This document shows, piece by piece, positions 13,301 to 27,700 of a stretch of 64,000 nucleotides of DNA (position 1 is the stretch's first letter; each line of letters begins with the position of its first letter). The stretch is from Ophelia neglecta (Eukaryota): NCBI GenBank assembly GCA_965285935.1, contig OZ260662.1, positions 68,882,001 to 68,946,000 on the forward strand, read 5' to 3'. The position numbers were made by a program, and so were the translations under genes. Below the pieces are notes generated by a model. It saw nothing but the letters and a program-made list of their open reading frames with translations, did no database searches and was not told the DNA's origin.

Positions 13301-16300
13301 CAAATATTAAGACTTTTCTTGTTATAGGGCCAAGCAACATTACTTTTTATAGCCATGGTAGCGAGGATCATAAATTTACACGGACTTCTTCATTGAAATT
13401 TAATTGAACTACATTACGGAAAGAGATACATTCTAAGTAGTATATAAAACCCATATATACTATGCTCGATTGATTGAATATAATTTATACCTTAATGACT
13501 ATGCTTGAATACAGGCCTGATATATAATTTGTCGGTAATTGTTGAGGTATATATAGCAGGCCTACTCACTGTTATCTGGGTCTCTTAAGCTATCAGCCGC
13601 TTCACCGTTTTCGCCGTAAATGTTTGAAGCGTCCACCCACGAGGTAATTTCATTCATCTGAGTCCTCACCACTAAAAATCAAATTAAAATTATTCATCAT
13701 TTAATTGATGTACTAAAACAACTTTAACCTTGCACGCATGACTTGTTCCAATAGGTTACATCGGTATTCCAGAAAATTAGTGTGATTTTCTGTCATTTAT
13801 TTGTATGGTATACACATAAAACACCGAGTCTTGGACGTTATGACACTTACTAAATGATGAATCTCGGTCAAAGTCATAGAACTCCGCTTCATTTTTAAAT
13901 ATCCATCAATTGATTATTTATGCTTTATATTTCATTTATTATTTTCTACTTTAAATAAAGGGACCACACACTCTAAAAGAACCCTTCAAAAAGCAGCTTT
14001 TCATTTTTACCGGCCTGCAACTTATATACATAGGCCCTAACCATTGCGTTTCTAGCTGAAGTTTGATATGATGTTTTTTAACTAAATTGGTTTCGTTTAT
14101 AACTTGCCATTTTTATGTTATTTTAATATTTCTCACCTTATTTTAGTTATATAAAATGCTGTGCTTACGGTTTGAGCAGTCGTCATTGAATCCGTTCTCG
14201 GAACGGACAAAACTCAGGCAGCTGAATGAACTGTAATCTGGGTCGGAGTTGGCGACCTCGATAGGAAAGCAGTCCTGGTTCTCCACGCCCGTGGTAGTAC
14301 ACCCGTCTACACAGGTGATGAAGACCGCGTTGCCATCAGCGTCTGTATTGGTGGAGCCAGGAGTTCTCACTACGTCGTGGTCCAGAAACTGACCGAAAGT
14401 CATGTGGAACATGGTCTCAATAGGGCTCGCTATCTCCAGATCCTGGAACACAGCGGTACTGACAGCTCGGGCACTGGGCAAGTCTCTGCCACTCCGGGCA
14501 ATCCTTGGATCCCCAACACCTATAGGTCCCGAAAAGAAAATTCAATGTTGAAAATGAAGGGACAGTTCTGTGCTTGTTTTCCCCCCGAAAAAGTAAATTT
14601 ACCGCCTTCATGCCGGTGGCACCATTTAGACATGTGAAACTAATGTGTATTATTGATTAGGGCTAAAGAAAAATTCAAGAAAATTTGGTTAATATAAAGC
14701 GCCACATGCAACCCGCTAAATCTGCCGCCCCTCTCAAAACTCCCTAATCTGAATTATTTGTTGTTTTAATTTAAACGTATTTTTTATTGTGATTAACCAA
14801 GTGGTCCGGGGCTACTTTAATGGTTGTGTGTTGACCTTTTAATGGGTCAGTTTAAGTTTCAGTTGAACGAAAAAGTTCTGTATTTACGGCGTTAGCCCAA
14901 AATATTTATTGATTCGAAAATGACACAAGCCAATCATGACTTTCATGTTTTGATATTAGTCGAGATGAGATTAACATGTAAAGTGTATTTATAAGAATGA
15001 TAAAAAATTTACCGTCGGCGTAATCCGGATCTAGGAACCGGTGAAGAAAGCGGTTGGCAGCTCCCCAGTTGGGGTTCTCTAGGTTGTTGCACGTGCCGTC
15101 GATGGTACGGAATCTCGTAGTAGTCGAACAGGAGAAGCTGGAGTCTTCAGGGATGGGGCAGACGAAAGGAGTCGGGGTTGGGGCAGGGCGCGGAGCTGGG
15201 GTGGCCGGGCCTGGCCCGGGAGGCGGATTGTTACCCTGGCCACCTTGGTTGTTGTTACCACCTTGGTTGTTATTACCACCTTGGTTGTTATTACCACCTG
15301 GTCGGTTACCACCAGGGCCCTGTCGGGCCTGTCGTGCTATTTCCAGCACCTCTAACAAGGCTTTGTCATCAAGACCCTTCAACCTGCAAACAGCGACAAT
15401 GAGTAAAAACTTGGGTGCATGATTCGAATTCAGAAAACACGAATCTCCAACATTGTTTCGCTAAAATGTTTGTCTTTCGCAAGCTACAGCTTTAGAGTAT
15501 ACTTCTTTATCGTTGTACCATTAATTTCTAAGCACAAAATGCCAAATGCTTACTTTTCCTCGGCCCTTAACGCCTTCACAGTTTCAATGTGTTCATGGGC
15601 ATCTTTCGACATGTCTTTTATCTTGGAAGACGGTCGCAGTTTCTTTTGAACATGATGATATCCACCATGTGCCTTGGCACTATATCCTATAAACATAATA
15701 TTAAAATAAAACCACTGAGATAAACCACTCACTTTGTTAAATGGCATAAAACTATACAGTAGATTTATATCACTCAAAGTATAAAGACATAGGGTTAACA
15801 TAAAGATCATGCCTGTTATCTCCTTTTTTTAAATATTCATCAAGCATAGGCCTTCAAATATCTTAAATGTGTAAATTTCTCTCACCGTATGCAATTAAAT
15901 TTGTAAGACATATATCTAAATTAGGCTATTTACATGTGACTTGGTGGATTAATAATACATAACTGAGGCTATTTGTGATAAACATACCGCTCTTGAGGAT
16001 CGCTTCTCCAGCATCCATCTTCTTTGCGTGATATTCATCAGCATTCTTACTTCCGGTTTCCAGTGCCCTAAGAGCAGCCTCTAGGACCCTCTCCGTTAAC
16101 TCATCTGAAAACATAAAAGCTTATAAACTACAAAAAAGTGAAGAGGAGAAACTGTTACTGGGCATCCAAATCATCAGGAGTATTAGCTTGATTATATTAT
16201 AATAGTAATTACTAATTACCTTTAGCTAGTTATAATAAAATAGTACACTGGCTGACGGTAGTAATGCATTGGAACATGGGGTCATAACCCCCCCCCCCCC

Positions 16301-17980
16301 GCAACCCCCCCCCCCCTCTTCTTAGGCGTGATGCGAGTCTTACCCCATGCAGCAAAGGTACTACTCGAGTCGCTTGTCCGCTACTACCTATATGTATAGC
16401 TACAGTGAAACCCGCCTTAAAGACAAACTCTTAATTAAGAACATCTGTCCTACATTTTGTATTATCTATGTAAAATAACCTGCCTGAGCAGACTGCCTCC
16501 ATATATCAGACTAGTAATTTCCAATTGGGTGGTCTCAATTCACAGGTTTCACTGTAGTTATACATGGCAGGGGCAGTAGCCAGATCGTAGCGGAAAAGCG
16601 TCTCGCGTAACTGTGCCATGCAGAGGAGGGCCGTTGGACTATACAAACACCATATGGGACTAGACATTCCCATCACACGCCCTGCTCAGATGGATGGTGG
16701 AACTAATTTTTCATTAATCCTAGAGCAGCCAGTTAATAAGCCCTATTTCATACATACAGTATTGTTGTAGTCTTACAAATAAACACACAAATGTATTAGG
16801 ATTTAACACAACATTTAATAAATGTCACTAACCTTCATTAAGATGAGGAGCACCGTTGACGTTTGGTGGTGCCAGCACTACTCCAATAACAACCAAAAGG
16901 CTAGGTAATAAAAAAAAATTAGATATGATGGCTCTTCTCTAAAGTTTTAAACGAGCAGAGATGAGGTAAAGCACGTCTAGGAGTTTCAAAAGTCATATAA
17001 CTTGCATGAAAAATCATATAAATTGCATGAAAGAAAATAGGAAATGAAATAAGATAAATTTTATCTAAAGTTGTTTAAGGTTTTATTACAAAAAAACGTC
17101 AGTCATGGACTATTTCTCCTTCAATTAATTTAAGATATGAAAACGACGAAGATGAACTTGTTATACGTATACAATGAATCAACGAGTGGTGAGAAAGCAA
17201 AGGTTAGATAATATAGGCTATTGTATACCAAGAGGTCATGTATTATAACCACCCTTGTATAGTTATATCATGGGCAAAATGCACAGGGCTTAGTTAATTC
17301 AACCTATGTAAAGTAGTACTGTAGTTACATTATGGATAAAATACAAAAGGTGCAGTTGGAACAATAATTGCTTGACAAATCTAGCCCTTCTAGGCCCATT
17401 TAAAAAGTCTCTTAGCTATTGCTTCGATGCCATTTTAAATGCATTGCACGGACCATTACATATTTTAGCCTCCTGCTACAAATGATTTTTTTAACTTATT
17501 AAATGCAGTTAAATCGGGGACGCTCTACTGAAAACTTGAGGTATCAATTCATCGAAAAAAATCTTTTCCGCCGAAACGAGGTTTTAATATTCTTATTGAA
17601 TATAAAAGAATCCTTTTGGTGAAATCCCAGTCAGAAAATTTTGTTTATATCATATATTATAATTTATAAGACAGAGGCCTACAGCACAGTTACAAATAAC
17701 GTAGCTAGGATATTGGCATCGGTAGGCACCGATTTTGTCTTACCAAGATAAAAAATTGTCAAGAAATTGTTTTGTAGGATACGGTACCGGATATGCCCAA
17801 ATTCAGTTATCAATATACACGGTTTTTAGTCGGCGTTGGTCCTGAAGCGTATTATAGACGGCTTCCTTAACTTTGTTGTTTTTGCTTATTTGAAAATATC
17901 AACCCACCTTTTTATAACGATTCGTTTAAAAAAAGAAAAAAAACCACTTACCATAATTTCAAGACGGTCATCTTCACCAT
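10384..17980 (-). CDS. animal heme peroxidase PxA (peroxidase-cyclooxygenase superfamily, ~807 aa, secreted)
   Basis: 15 exons: 17980-17952, 16900-16833, 16104-15988, 15686-15554, 15383-15013, 14519-14169, 13671-13570, 13147-13019, 12877-12623, 12365-12226, 12000-11781, 11680-11575, 11353-11184, 10972-10849, 10492-10384 (2424 nt, in frame). Signal peptide MVKMTVLKLCLLVVIGVVLA. Motifs: [17 protein letters not shown] (distal His), TSWVDAS (Ca loop), GDERVND, AFRYGHSQI (proximal His), [24 protein letters not shown]. Confidence 0.93.
15160..15320 (-). repeat. coding low-complexity insert in PxA: (GGNNNQ)x3 followed by a Pro/Thr-rich linker
   Basis: Translation GPGGNRPGGNNNQGGNNNQGGNNNQGGQGNNPPPGPGPATPAPRPAPTPTP, with 18-nt tandem units in the DNA. 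Confidence 0.9.
16403..16554 (-). mobile_element. pogo/Tigger-type MITE, copy 2 (in PxA intron 2)
   Basis: TA|CAGTGAAACC ... GGTTTCACTG|TA terminal inverted repeats with a TA duplication. Orientation is opposite to copies 1 and 3. Confidence 0.75.
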
Positions 17981-18072
17981 TCAACACACTGTTCAGGAGG
18001 CTGGATCTCTCTGCGAAGTTGTCAATGTAATCGTGTGTGGGTGTCATAAACGCGACCAGGGCTCCTCGACTC

Positions 18073-18107
18073 GAATGAAATCCTCGGCTTATACTGTTAA
18101 TTATATA
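18073..18107 (-). promoter_or_regulatory. putative TATA + Inr core promoter of PxA
   Basis: Minus-strand TATATAA at 18107-18101 lies 31 nt upstream of the A in TCATTC (18076), about 95 nt upstream of the ATG. Confidence 0.6.
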
Positions 18108-19619
18108 GCCCTCCTATAGTCAGACTGACCCTGTCCAGTCGTGCGTAGAGTTACATTTGCGTTAAGCAGTTCATGTAAACCCTTTGAGAAATTTTGTTCA
18201 GCTGGGTTCAAATTGCATTCTAGTTTCGTGCTATATTAGGATAACTTCTGTTGCTTTGTTAATGCCAATAATAGGCGTAAGTTTAATGTTCAGTGAAATG
18301 GAGAAAATCATAATGAATTGTTGATAGTTATTAATTACTAAATAACAAGCCGTGCCTAAGTTTCGTGATCACGATGAGTCACAAAACTGAGGCATTTATG
18401 AATTAATCATAATCGTGACATATTCACATGAGATTAATGAAAAGCTCCAACCGAAGCCTATCGTATTTGCATCTTACCGAAAGTTTAATGTAAAATGCAA
18501 GATTATTGATAATATTAAAGGTATTTTGCATGTCATTTCCGTGACAAGTTATTATTGATCGGTTCAAATTACCACTTCGCAGCTACATATTATTTACTCC
18601 TGATTTCTAACTATTCGAAAAACAAAATCAATGACACAACGCTTCCCAAGGAGGAGAAGTATTCAAAATAGATTGTCAGTGTAACGTGGAATGAGTTTAA
18701 TAAGAAATGAACTATTTCCAATTAAAATGCTGCGGGATAAAAGAATAAGGTTTAAATTTGTCCGATAAAGTATGGTTAGTAATCGATTTGTAATTGTATT
18801 TTATAATAAAATGGATGCAACTTAATTACTCCTGTCTCGGATACAACCTTGACCAGTTGACATGTTCATGCAACTCACGCCAATTAGATCTATTGACTAA
18901 ACGGGTTCGAATATAGGATGTTTTTGTTGCCCTATGCGAGTTATACGTCCATAATTAGATTCACGGTTGACCGCTTTCATTGTTGTCAAATGACGCGAAT
19001 AAAAGGCTTAACTATTAACTAGAAATATTCATACTGTGCAAACTTTCTGGTGAACAATACATATGCACTAGTTTCAGAAAAGTTATAATTCAATAACAAG
19101 AATTGTACAATGTATGATGCTGGCCTAACTTTTAGAAATGCTGTTCTGTAAAAATGTTGAAAAAAATACATTTAATTTAATGGTGTCCCATTCTTTGTCA
19201 TTTAAAACTGAAATACTAGATGGTAAATATAAATATATTTCGAGTTAGGGTATGATATTTGAGTATCAATGTTGATAGTTCGAGTGCTGAGTCTGAATTA
19301 AAATTCGATTATCGAGTATAAAATCTGGAGTCACTATGACTCAGTAGGAATACCGAGTCTCACCATCTTCAATGGGGTCTGTCAGGGATGTTGGATACTG
19401 CTATAACCAGCAGTCACAGTTGTCACCTCGAAGCCTGATTTCAATCAAAGAAAATTAATAGCGGTCAGCAAGAGGCTCACAATTCTTTTGTCTTATGGAT
19501 GGACTTTAATAAGACAAACCTGGTGTGAATCCCGTGGCCTTCGTGTCCGACTAGTTGGCGTGCCGCCTCCGAGTGAATATTAGTTCCTTCTCAAATCCCT
19601 GCCATTTCCTACTACGACA

Positions 19620-20555
19620 GGTTCAGGATTAATATGGTTAGATAGTTAGATGACTAGCAGAACACAGTCAGTTATCAATGATTGAAAGTATGTCAAATAA
19701 TATGGAGTTCCACAGGGATTTATCTTACGTCCCTTCCTGTTTACATAGTATATAAATGATTTACCCAATGTCGCTAACCATAGTAAATTTGACTTTTGTG
19801 CGGACGGCACATTTTTATTTGTGTTTGGAACTGACGTGAAAGAAATTGGAAAGGTATTGGTTTAAATTTGAAAAGGATAAGTGGCTGTTACTTGCCAATA
19901 GATGACTCTCACTGCCATAGAAATGTATGTTATTTTGTTCTTGTGCTAGACTGGCCAAAAAAGACAGTTTATGACAATTGAGTGTGAAGGAAGTCTTTGG
20001 AGATGGTGTCGAAATTTAAACATCTTGGTTCGAACAAACTCTTAACTAGAACATTCATATTTATAAAGTCAGTGCATCGATGTCTTAGAGGATACTCAGG
20101 ATAGGTATGTAAATTTGTATCGTTCCATCTTACGTCATTCTAAGCTTCTTAGCTTTTTAAAGCAACTATCATGCCAATTATCCACGATGGAGATTCACTC
20201 CGGGAAAAAAGCAATAACAGTAATTTGATTAGGTTTCAGTGATTACAGAATAGGACAAGTAGAGCAAAATTTAAGTGTCACTAATGTACACCCATTAGTG
20301 ACATGCAAAACAACATGGGATGGCTCAAATGTGATCAAATATGTAAATTAAATAAGTGTAACATGGTGTCCAAATATATAATGCTTGTTTAATATACGTC
20401 CAATCATATTTTACATGCGTACTAATGCTCACTCCTCACACTAAGGGCTAGTCACCACAATCTGTATCTGCCAGGGGCGAACACACGTCGTAGTGCTAAC
20501 CTCGAATTTTCGTATGAAGGTACTGTTTTGTTTAACAGTTTACCTGATTCCCCTT
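19620..20555 (+). mobile_element. degraded LINE (CR1/L2-like) reverse transcriptase 3' fragment
   Basis: Broken frame YGVPQGFILRPFLFT*YINDLP at ~19701, a decayed YADD-like FCADGT at ~19795, and C-terminal GTVLFNSLP at ~20520. Confidence 0.8.
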
Positions 20556-21728
20556 AGGTATATGTGATAATTTAATGATTTTAAATGTATATGGTAACAG
20601 TTTAATTTCTCACTTTTTTTTAGTAACTGTGATATAATCAACTAATTGTGGGCCACCGATGGTAATTTTCAGTTATGATTATTTTTTTATTTTTTTCATG
20701 GTATTCTTGATATTTATTCATTTGCGTGTTCTGTGATATAAACATAGTTAAACTGTGCATAAAGGTGTTTTGAATGTGTATGTTGTTTAAATGAAGAACC
20801 CAAATATGAAAGCATTTCATTTTTTTTATTTATAGATGGCATAGGGATTTATTTGGCTATCCTGAAGAAATATACATGAAACAAAACAAATAACCAAATT
20901 ATCAAATGGGTCCGCTATATTGGTCGCCTACATCTTGAACCTTATGCCAAAATTTTGCTCTATCTCTATTATAAGATTTTATTTGTCTATTCCAAACGCA
21001 ATGATTTCAACCGTTGACTAATTCTCATTGCAAGTAATGTTAAATGTTATATTATTTATTCAAATTAATTTCTATTAAACAATTATGCAGAATGAAATAT
21101 AAGTGACCAGCGGAAGAGCACTTGGAGAAGTTAACTATGTAACTACTTTATAAGTGAACCAATAATTTCCGATAAGACATCGGTTTAAGCGTACCATAAG
21201 AAAAATTTACAATTAGTGAAAATAATAAAAACTTTATTTTTTTTCCAATTACAGGTAAAGTTACAATTGTTGTTCTTGTTGATCACTTGGTGTAGTTTTC
21301 CTATCACTTTTATATTATGTTCGAAGATTTATCAAATTAGTCGTTCCGTTACGTTTGTTCGTTGCAAAAAATCAATGGTTAAACCAAATGTTTGTGAATC
21401 TTTGCTTCATGTTCAAAATGCGATCTAACATTTTGCTTAGCAGTTATTGGGTAACTGTAATAACTGTACGGCAGGTAAATCCCATGCAGATTTAGAAGAT
21501 ATGTTTCTCAGAACCGCTAATCTAAAGTGCAAACGTACTACTCACCATTACATTAAACTATTAGAAAAAAAAACATAGTCCTATCAACGGGTATATGATA
21601 CTTTGGCAGCTACGATTTTAAACTTATACAATTCAGTTTGTCGTTTATGTACACAGATGAAGTGTTAAGCAGACATTCGACACTGTATCAGGTACTGGTT
21701 ATCTTTTTTACGAAACGTGGCTGCTTGG

Positions 21729-24700
21729 TCACTTCTGGTAGTCTTTCCACTTGTTGAGATCCACGGAAGGGATGTATGCACAGGGTCTGATGTAGTTGAC
21801 ATCGCCCTGATACAATGCCAGCAAACTGTAAAGATCCTTAGAAGCCGCTTTGCTGAGGACGTTGAAAATATAACAGAACGAAATATATAACATATATATG
21901 TGTGTATTTGAATTAAGAAACAGATAAATACGATGATGGACTACTACCATGAGACCCCAAGCCATTAGTGTCTCCTTTTTTACCCTTAGTGTAAACCTGG
22001 TAAATGTAGACACGTGTTTACTCACGAAATGCCTTTCAAAGCCTCTGGGAAAGGTCGTAGGAATGACCATCGCTGTATCTTTTTAATGTGGTCCAAATTA
22101 TCACAAAGGACTCTGGACAATGATGATTTCCGGATCTCATTTAGTTGATCTATAACATAATAATGTCATGCTTTTGACCTTTATTCTTGGTAGATCAAAA
22201 TGTATAATAAACTTATACTATTTTATTGTAATTGTCCATTGTAGGCAATAATGTTTGATTTGTTCGGAAAAAGGGATCAGATAATCAAAACGAATGTGTG
22301 CACTTGTACATTTCAGTTACTCGCTTAGTACAATGCATATGAACGAAAATTATAAAGACCATTATTTAATCGGAACCAACATTTTGAATATTGGTAAACT
22401 GACCTGGCCTGAGTCCGACCACACCATCTTCTCGCTCGTGCCAGAACCTGTCTGATACCCTTACATCATGAAACTGTCGTGCATTAATACAGCCAAACGT
22501 TGGTCCCACGAGAGCTCCCGCTAAGAGTCGCTCCGAGATACCGCCCGCAAACAGGTCTATATCGGCGACATCCCTAGGGGGAATAGACAAGGGTAAAGAG
22601 CGTAGAATGGTATGTATAGTATGACATGCTGGTAACCGTTGATCATTTGAATTATAATTCCAATTTGGTGGGCCCAAACTGTGCTTGTCGAAGAGTTGCC
22701 CTTTGAACATGTTAGCATGATCTTTCATCAAAGAAAATATTAACAAAAAAGCGTCTAAGAGGCCAGCATTCAGCCAATTGCAAGCAAGGGCCATATAATC
22801 GTACAACGGCTAACTACACAATAAGAAGTTGCATTTAATAACCGAGATTACACTTACTCGTAAAGCATTTCAAGTTTGGCCTTAGCGTCCTCGGGGATGT
22901 CTGTTAGCTCAGCAAATGACTTGGGTACTGACAGATCACACCACTTCCGCCATGCAACGTAACCTACAAGATATAACACGCTTCCCTTATTAATAAGACT
23001 TACTTCATGTTGGCGCTTCAGGAACATGATGGTTTCTTTTTGTAATCTTTATTTGGTCTTTACATGTCGAGGAAACACATTTTCGTTGCAACCTGTGTTT
23101 TTTATGTTCTTGATCCTAAATCACGCTCACTAGAATCACCCTTTCCCCTCATCTGTTACCTGGCAGACCGTGGTCCCTCCCCCGTTGGGTATTCAGACTG
23201 GGCAGATCTGTGCCTGGGACATCTGGAGGGTTCTCACTGAACAAATGAGCAGACACCTGTTTAGCGAAGTGTCGGTCTGGATCTTGTGCAGGATGTGCCA
23301 CGTGACCTAGCATCAAAGCGTCTATTCCTGACCCACCGGGTAGATTAGTATCGTACGCCGCACGAGGTCGATGGTTAAACTGAAATTACATTAATTGTTT
23401 GGAATTAGATTCAAAATTAGTTTACATGTCAGTTAGTCTGCATAAACGAGGTGCTCCCTTTATAATCGGCCTGACTATCGGCCTGCCTAAAACCGACTTG
23501 CGTATTTTGTTTTTGCAATGGTTCTGCTCTTGGCAAACCTGTCTAGTATATATACTTATCACCCAGAGCACTATTCTGTCATCGAAAGACTTTAAAGAAT
23601 ATGCACACGCGTTTCTATGATACGGCTGCTATAGGCCAAATGTCACTTACCGAATCATGTAAGAGTTTTGCGACCTATTATGTACATATAATTGTCTTTA
23701 TTTGTCACTGTGTTAAAATCATCTGATATAAATTATTATGCGAACCGTTATTCTAGCCAATCTCATTTGGTTTTTATTTTAACATTTAAGGTAGAATCAA
23801 TAACAACCTGGTGAACTTAATAAATAATCAAGCCTTGGTATAATAATTATGGCGATCTATATTATGCTGGAATGCTGTTCTGGAAATTGAATATTTCAAG
23901 CCAAAACTCTAGATGCATATGACCACATGCTTGTAAAGATAGAAGAAAGCCGACCAAACTTTGATTTGTGGGCCTGCTTTTCTCTAATCTATAGGGCACA
24001 CTGGAAATCGTATAGGGCTGTAGTTGGAATCCAACTGAACCATACCATGATTAAGGTAAATACAAAACACATTTTGAAACATTAAGCCATATCGTATCTC
24101 TGTCTGATATCTGTCCTTTGTATCGGATTTTCCAGCATATCTGTCATAATTGATCACATCTTCTTGGACGAGTGGGCAGAGTTATGGACATGTGAATTAA
24201 AGCTGGATGCTTAATATTAAAGTAGAAGTGCGCACTAAACGGTTAACGCAATTGGGTTATTATCACCTCTTGCATTGGCTATTACGACATAAACTGTCAT
24301 AATCATAATAGTTTATCTGCTGGGCTATTTTATTTACTATATAACTCAACAAAGGGTGCTAGAAAAAAACTACACTTAAATTAGTGTGTTCTAACACTGT
24401 TACTTTCAATATAAGTCGTTTTATGAAAAGTTCTTATGACAAGGTTAGGATATTTTTCCCTCTTGTTCTTCAGGTATATTCACCACTGTTTAATTATTCA
24501 TAACGAATTATTTGTATAAACTTCTGCTAGTAATGACCATGAAGATGTTATGATGGCAATCATGGATAAAATGTTTTGAGCCCCTTGTTTCTGCAATTAG
24601 TGTATATATTTTTATAAGAGTTTATAAGAGTTTAGAAACTTTTAACCTCGACTTTGACTGTACTTCCATTAAATTCTTGAAATACACCAACCAAACTGAT

Positions 24701-27700
24701 ATGTAAGTTACCTTTAAACTTCTTCTCACACTTATCTTGCGTTTAAGACAAAACTGGGTAACTACCGTTGCTTTACCAGTAAAAGAAACGTATTCCCTAT
24801 GACGCCATTTTGATTTTGTGTTTAAAGACCAAGCTATATCCGGAAGACATTTTCAGATAAAAACACTTATGGTAATAATCCTAGCCAGCGTCATTCTCAC
24901 CAAGCTGTCCTTCTCAAAGAGATCCTGATTGTACATGGAGTTAGTTAACTTGAGAAAGTTACTAATCTGACTGTGACCAAATCGGAATGCAGCAGTGGCA
25001 AATGCGTTGGATATGTCCGGGCTAACAAGTGGATTGTATCCTGAAACATTAAAAATCTCCCAAATAGTGGTCAACATCATTCAAATGAGTAACAATACTA
25101 GACAAACTAATAACATTATCAAATCGGTTTCAGAAGGATACCATCGCCTCGATCCCCGATATAAAAAGCTTGCCGAAACACTAGCTTCCGGTTCGAATCA
25201 AAAAGGGTAAAAATATACTTGAAAATGTGTACTGTACCTGTATAATACCCATGTATACTTAGTCCTAGGCCATACTTTTTCACAAGATCTGGACCAACAA
25301 CGCTTGGTACGTATTCATTGTATGAGATGTACTGCATAATTGCAGCCATTATCGCTCGCACCTCCTGGTATAAACGCTCGCCAGACCAGTGAGGGTTAAT
25401 CTTGTGGAGTTCGTCCTCCATCCGGTTGTGCTCGCGCATGAACACAGTGTGAAGAGACGCTAGACCAGTATGTTCATTAAGGCGACCGTCACCTAGATAA
25501 AGCAAACGTATTGCCAATACAGACTGAATAAAAAATTCTTGTGAGGTTGCTGAAAATGAAAAATTGCAAAGGAAAACAGGAAAAAATATGTCATGCAAAG
25601 GTAACTTCATAACATTATCAGGCCTATGACTATTTAGACCTAGTCTAAATTAGTTGCCACCGGGCGATTCGTTTAAAAGTTTTTCTTGTTCGGCACATTA
25701 AATATAAATGAAAATGGCACCATGGGTTATATACGTAATTAACTATTGGATATACATGAGTTACCTACAATAAACCGTATAATATCTACTAACTATGGGC
25801 ACCGCAGTGACAGTGACTAGCACAGAGGCAAAACGCAGTAACATATTATGATCATTAATTATTACGAAGGCCAATGTTAGTAACGCGCCTCATACAACGC
25901 TTAAGGCAAATGGCAGTCTATCATCAAAAAGAAAATTTAAACCAAATAAGCTACTAACAATCGCACATGAGGAGCGGTGGTCGTTTGGTTGGCGAGGTTG
26001 GTTTTTAGATGGATGGTGAAGGGGTCGTACATCCCGTTCCTTTGTCAAGGACCATCACCTAGCTATAACATTCTCCGCCCGGGAGACTCGAAGGTGCCTG
26101 CCAGACGAATCAGTATGGTTCTAAGGCGCCAAGACCATTGTTGCTAGTATGCTCCCCGGGATGGTTCAGGAGAAATTGAATGAGTATACCCCCATAGGTC
26201 TGGAGGTAACTTGTACCTTTTTGTGTATTGGCATAACCTGGCGGTACTCATTAAATCGTACCTTTCATATGTGTCTTAGAGCTTCATAATAATATCTTTT
26301 ATATTTGCTTCCTGTCATCAATCAACGTTTGCCTTTTGCTTAATGTCGGACAGAAGTAGGAGTACATTTTGTTTGTGCGTGAAAGACATATTTGCTCATA
26401 CAACACCATGAACTACGTTGCAAGATTATTTTAACGGCATGTGTTACCTGCTTTAAAGCATCTTATTGTCTCGTTGAGGTCTCTGCAAGCTGGCACATTG
26501 TTTGTTGGTAGAAGGTATTTCAGTGTGTTGTCGTAGGGGTGTTGTTGGGTCCGGAGTCTCCCCCTGCTGGAGTCGGAGAAGTCTCTAAGGTCATCAGCCA
26601 TCTCTTTGGTACTTCCATAGACATTGGAGGCGTCGATCCACGAAGTTATCTGGTTAATCTGTTCACGGGGGCCTTGAAAACAAACATTTAACCTAAGCTG
26701 TACAACTTTCATTCTTTTTCGTCCATATTATGCTTATCTAATACGGACCTCACGGTAAAAAAGTATAGGGATTATACCTAAAGCTTATGCTCTCGGAATG
26801 ACCTGAGGATATGAGCAGAGCACCGTTGCTCGTAAGATATGAAGGTGGAGCTTGCCAAATAGCCACTGCCGTCCCGCATGAACAACTTCTTTAACCATAC
26901 TCAAAGATCTACCCACCCTGTCTCTCATCAGACGAACCCATCTTTCGCCTGCAATAAATGTTAGGTATTTACTTACTTAATCGACAGTTGTCCAGCAAGC
27001 CTTCCTCAGTACGGACAAACATGAGACACTTTTGATCACCGAAGTCCGGATCTCCGTCGGGTATCGGGATCGGGAAGCAGGCTCGGTTCTCCTCTCCCTC
27101 GGTACTACACCCATCATCCCCGCAGGTCACGTCCATGGTCGGCCCCGAGCCGTCTTCCGTGGTCGTCAGTTTGGCAATAGCAGTACGGTCAAGGTCATGG
27201 TCCAGGAACTGTCCAAAGCGCATGTGCATTGTGGTGACTAAGTGGCTGGGATTATCAGCGTCTGTGAATAGCTCTAGGGAAATTTTTCGGACGCTAGGAA
27301 GAGGGTTACCACTCACACTCGCTCTGGGTTCACCGATACCTGAATATTATATCTTAATACAATTTTAAGAAACTAAATTAGAAACAATTTCCTGCGGTTA
27401 TCTAGATATACAAACATTACACGCGAGTAAAAAACACGATTATAGGCGGATTAAAGCTTAACAACGACGCCCAACGTATAGGGTAGCGTGACACGTTTAC
27501 CCAAGTAAACCTTCCGTACTATGTTATGTTAACTGATTATAAAAGCCTATCAAGTTAAACGTAATATACAGTTCCTAATTGAAATAAGGGCCTAAGTAAA
27601 CCATTGATATATCGGAGACTAAATCAGATACCCCAGATTTGTACTTTTATTACGGGATGCATATATCGCCCTATCTTTCAGTCCCTAAGTGGAAGTTGAA

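Noticed and set aside
12238-15422. Plus-strand ORFs overlapping PxA exons, and equivalent antisense ORFs over PxB and PxC exons
   Set aside because: They are antisense shadows of GC-richer coding exons with no independent evidence.
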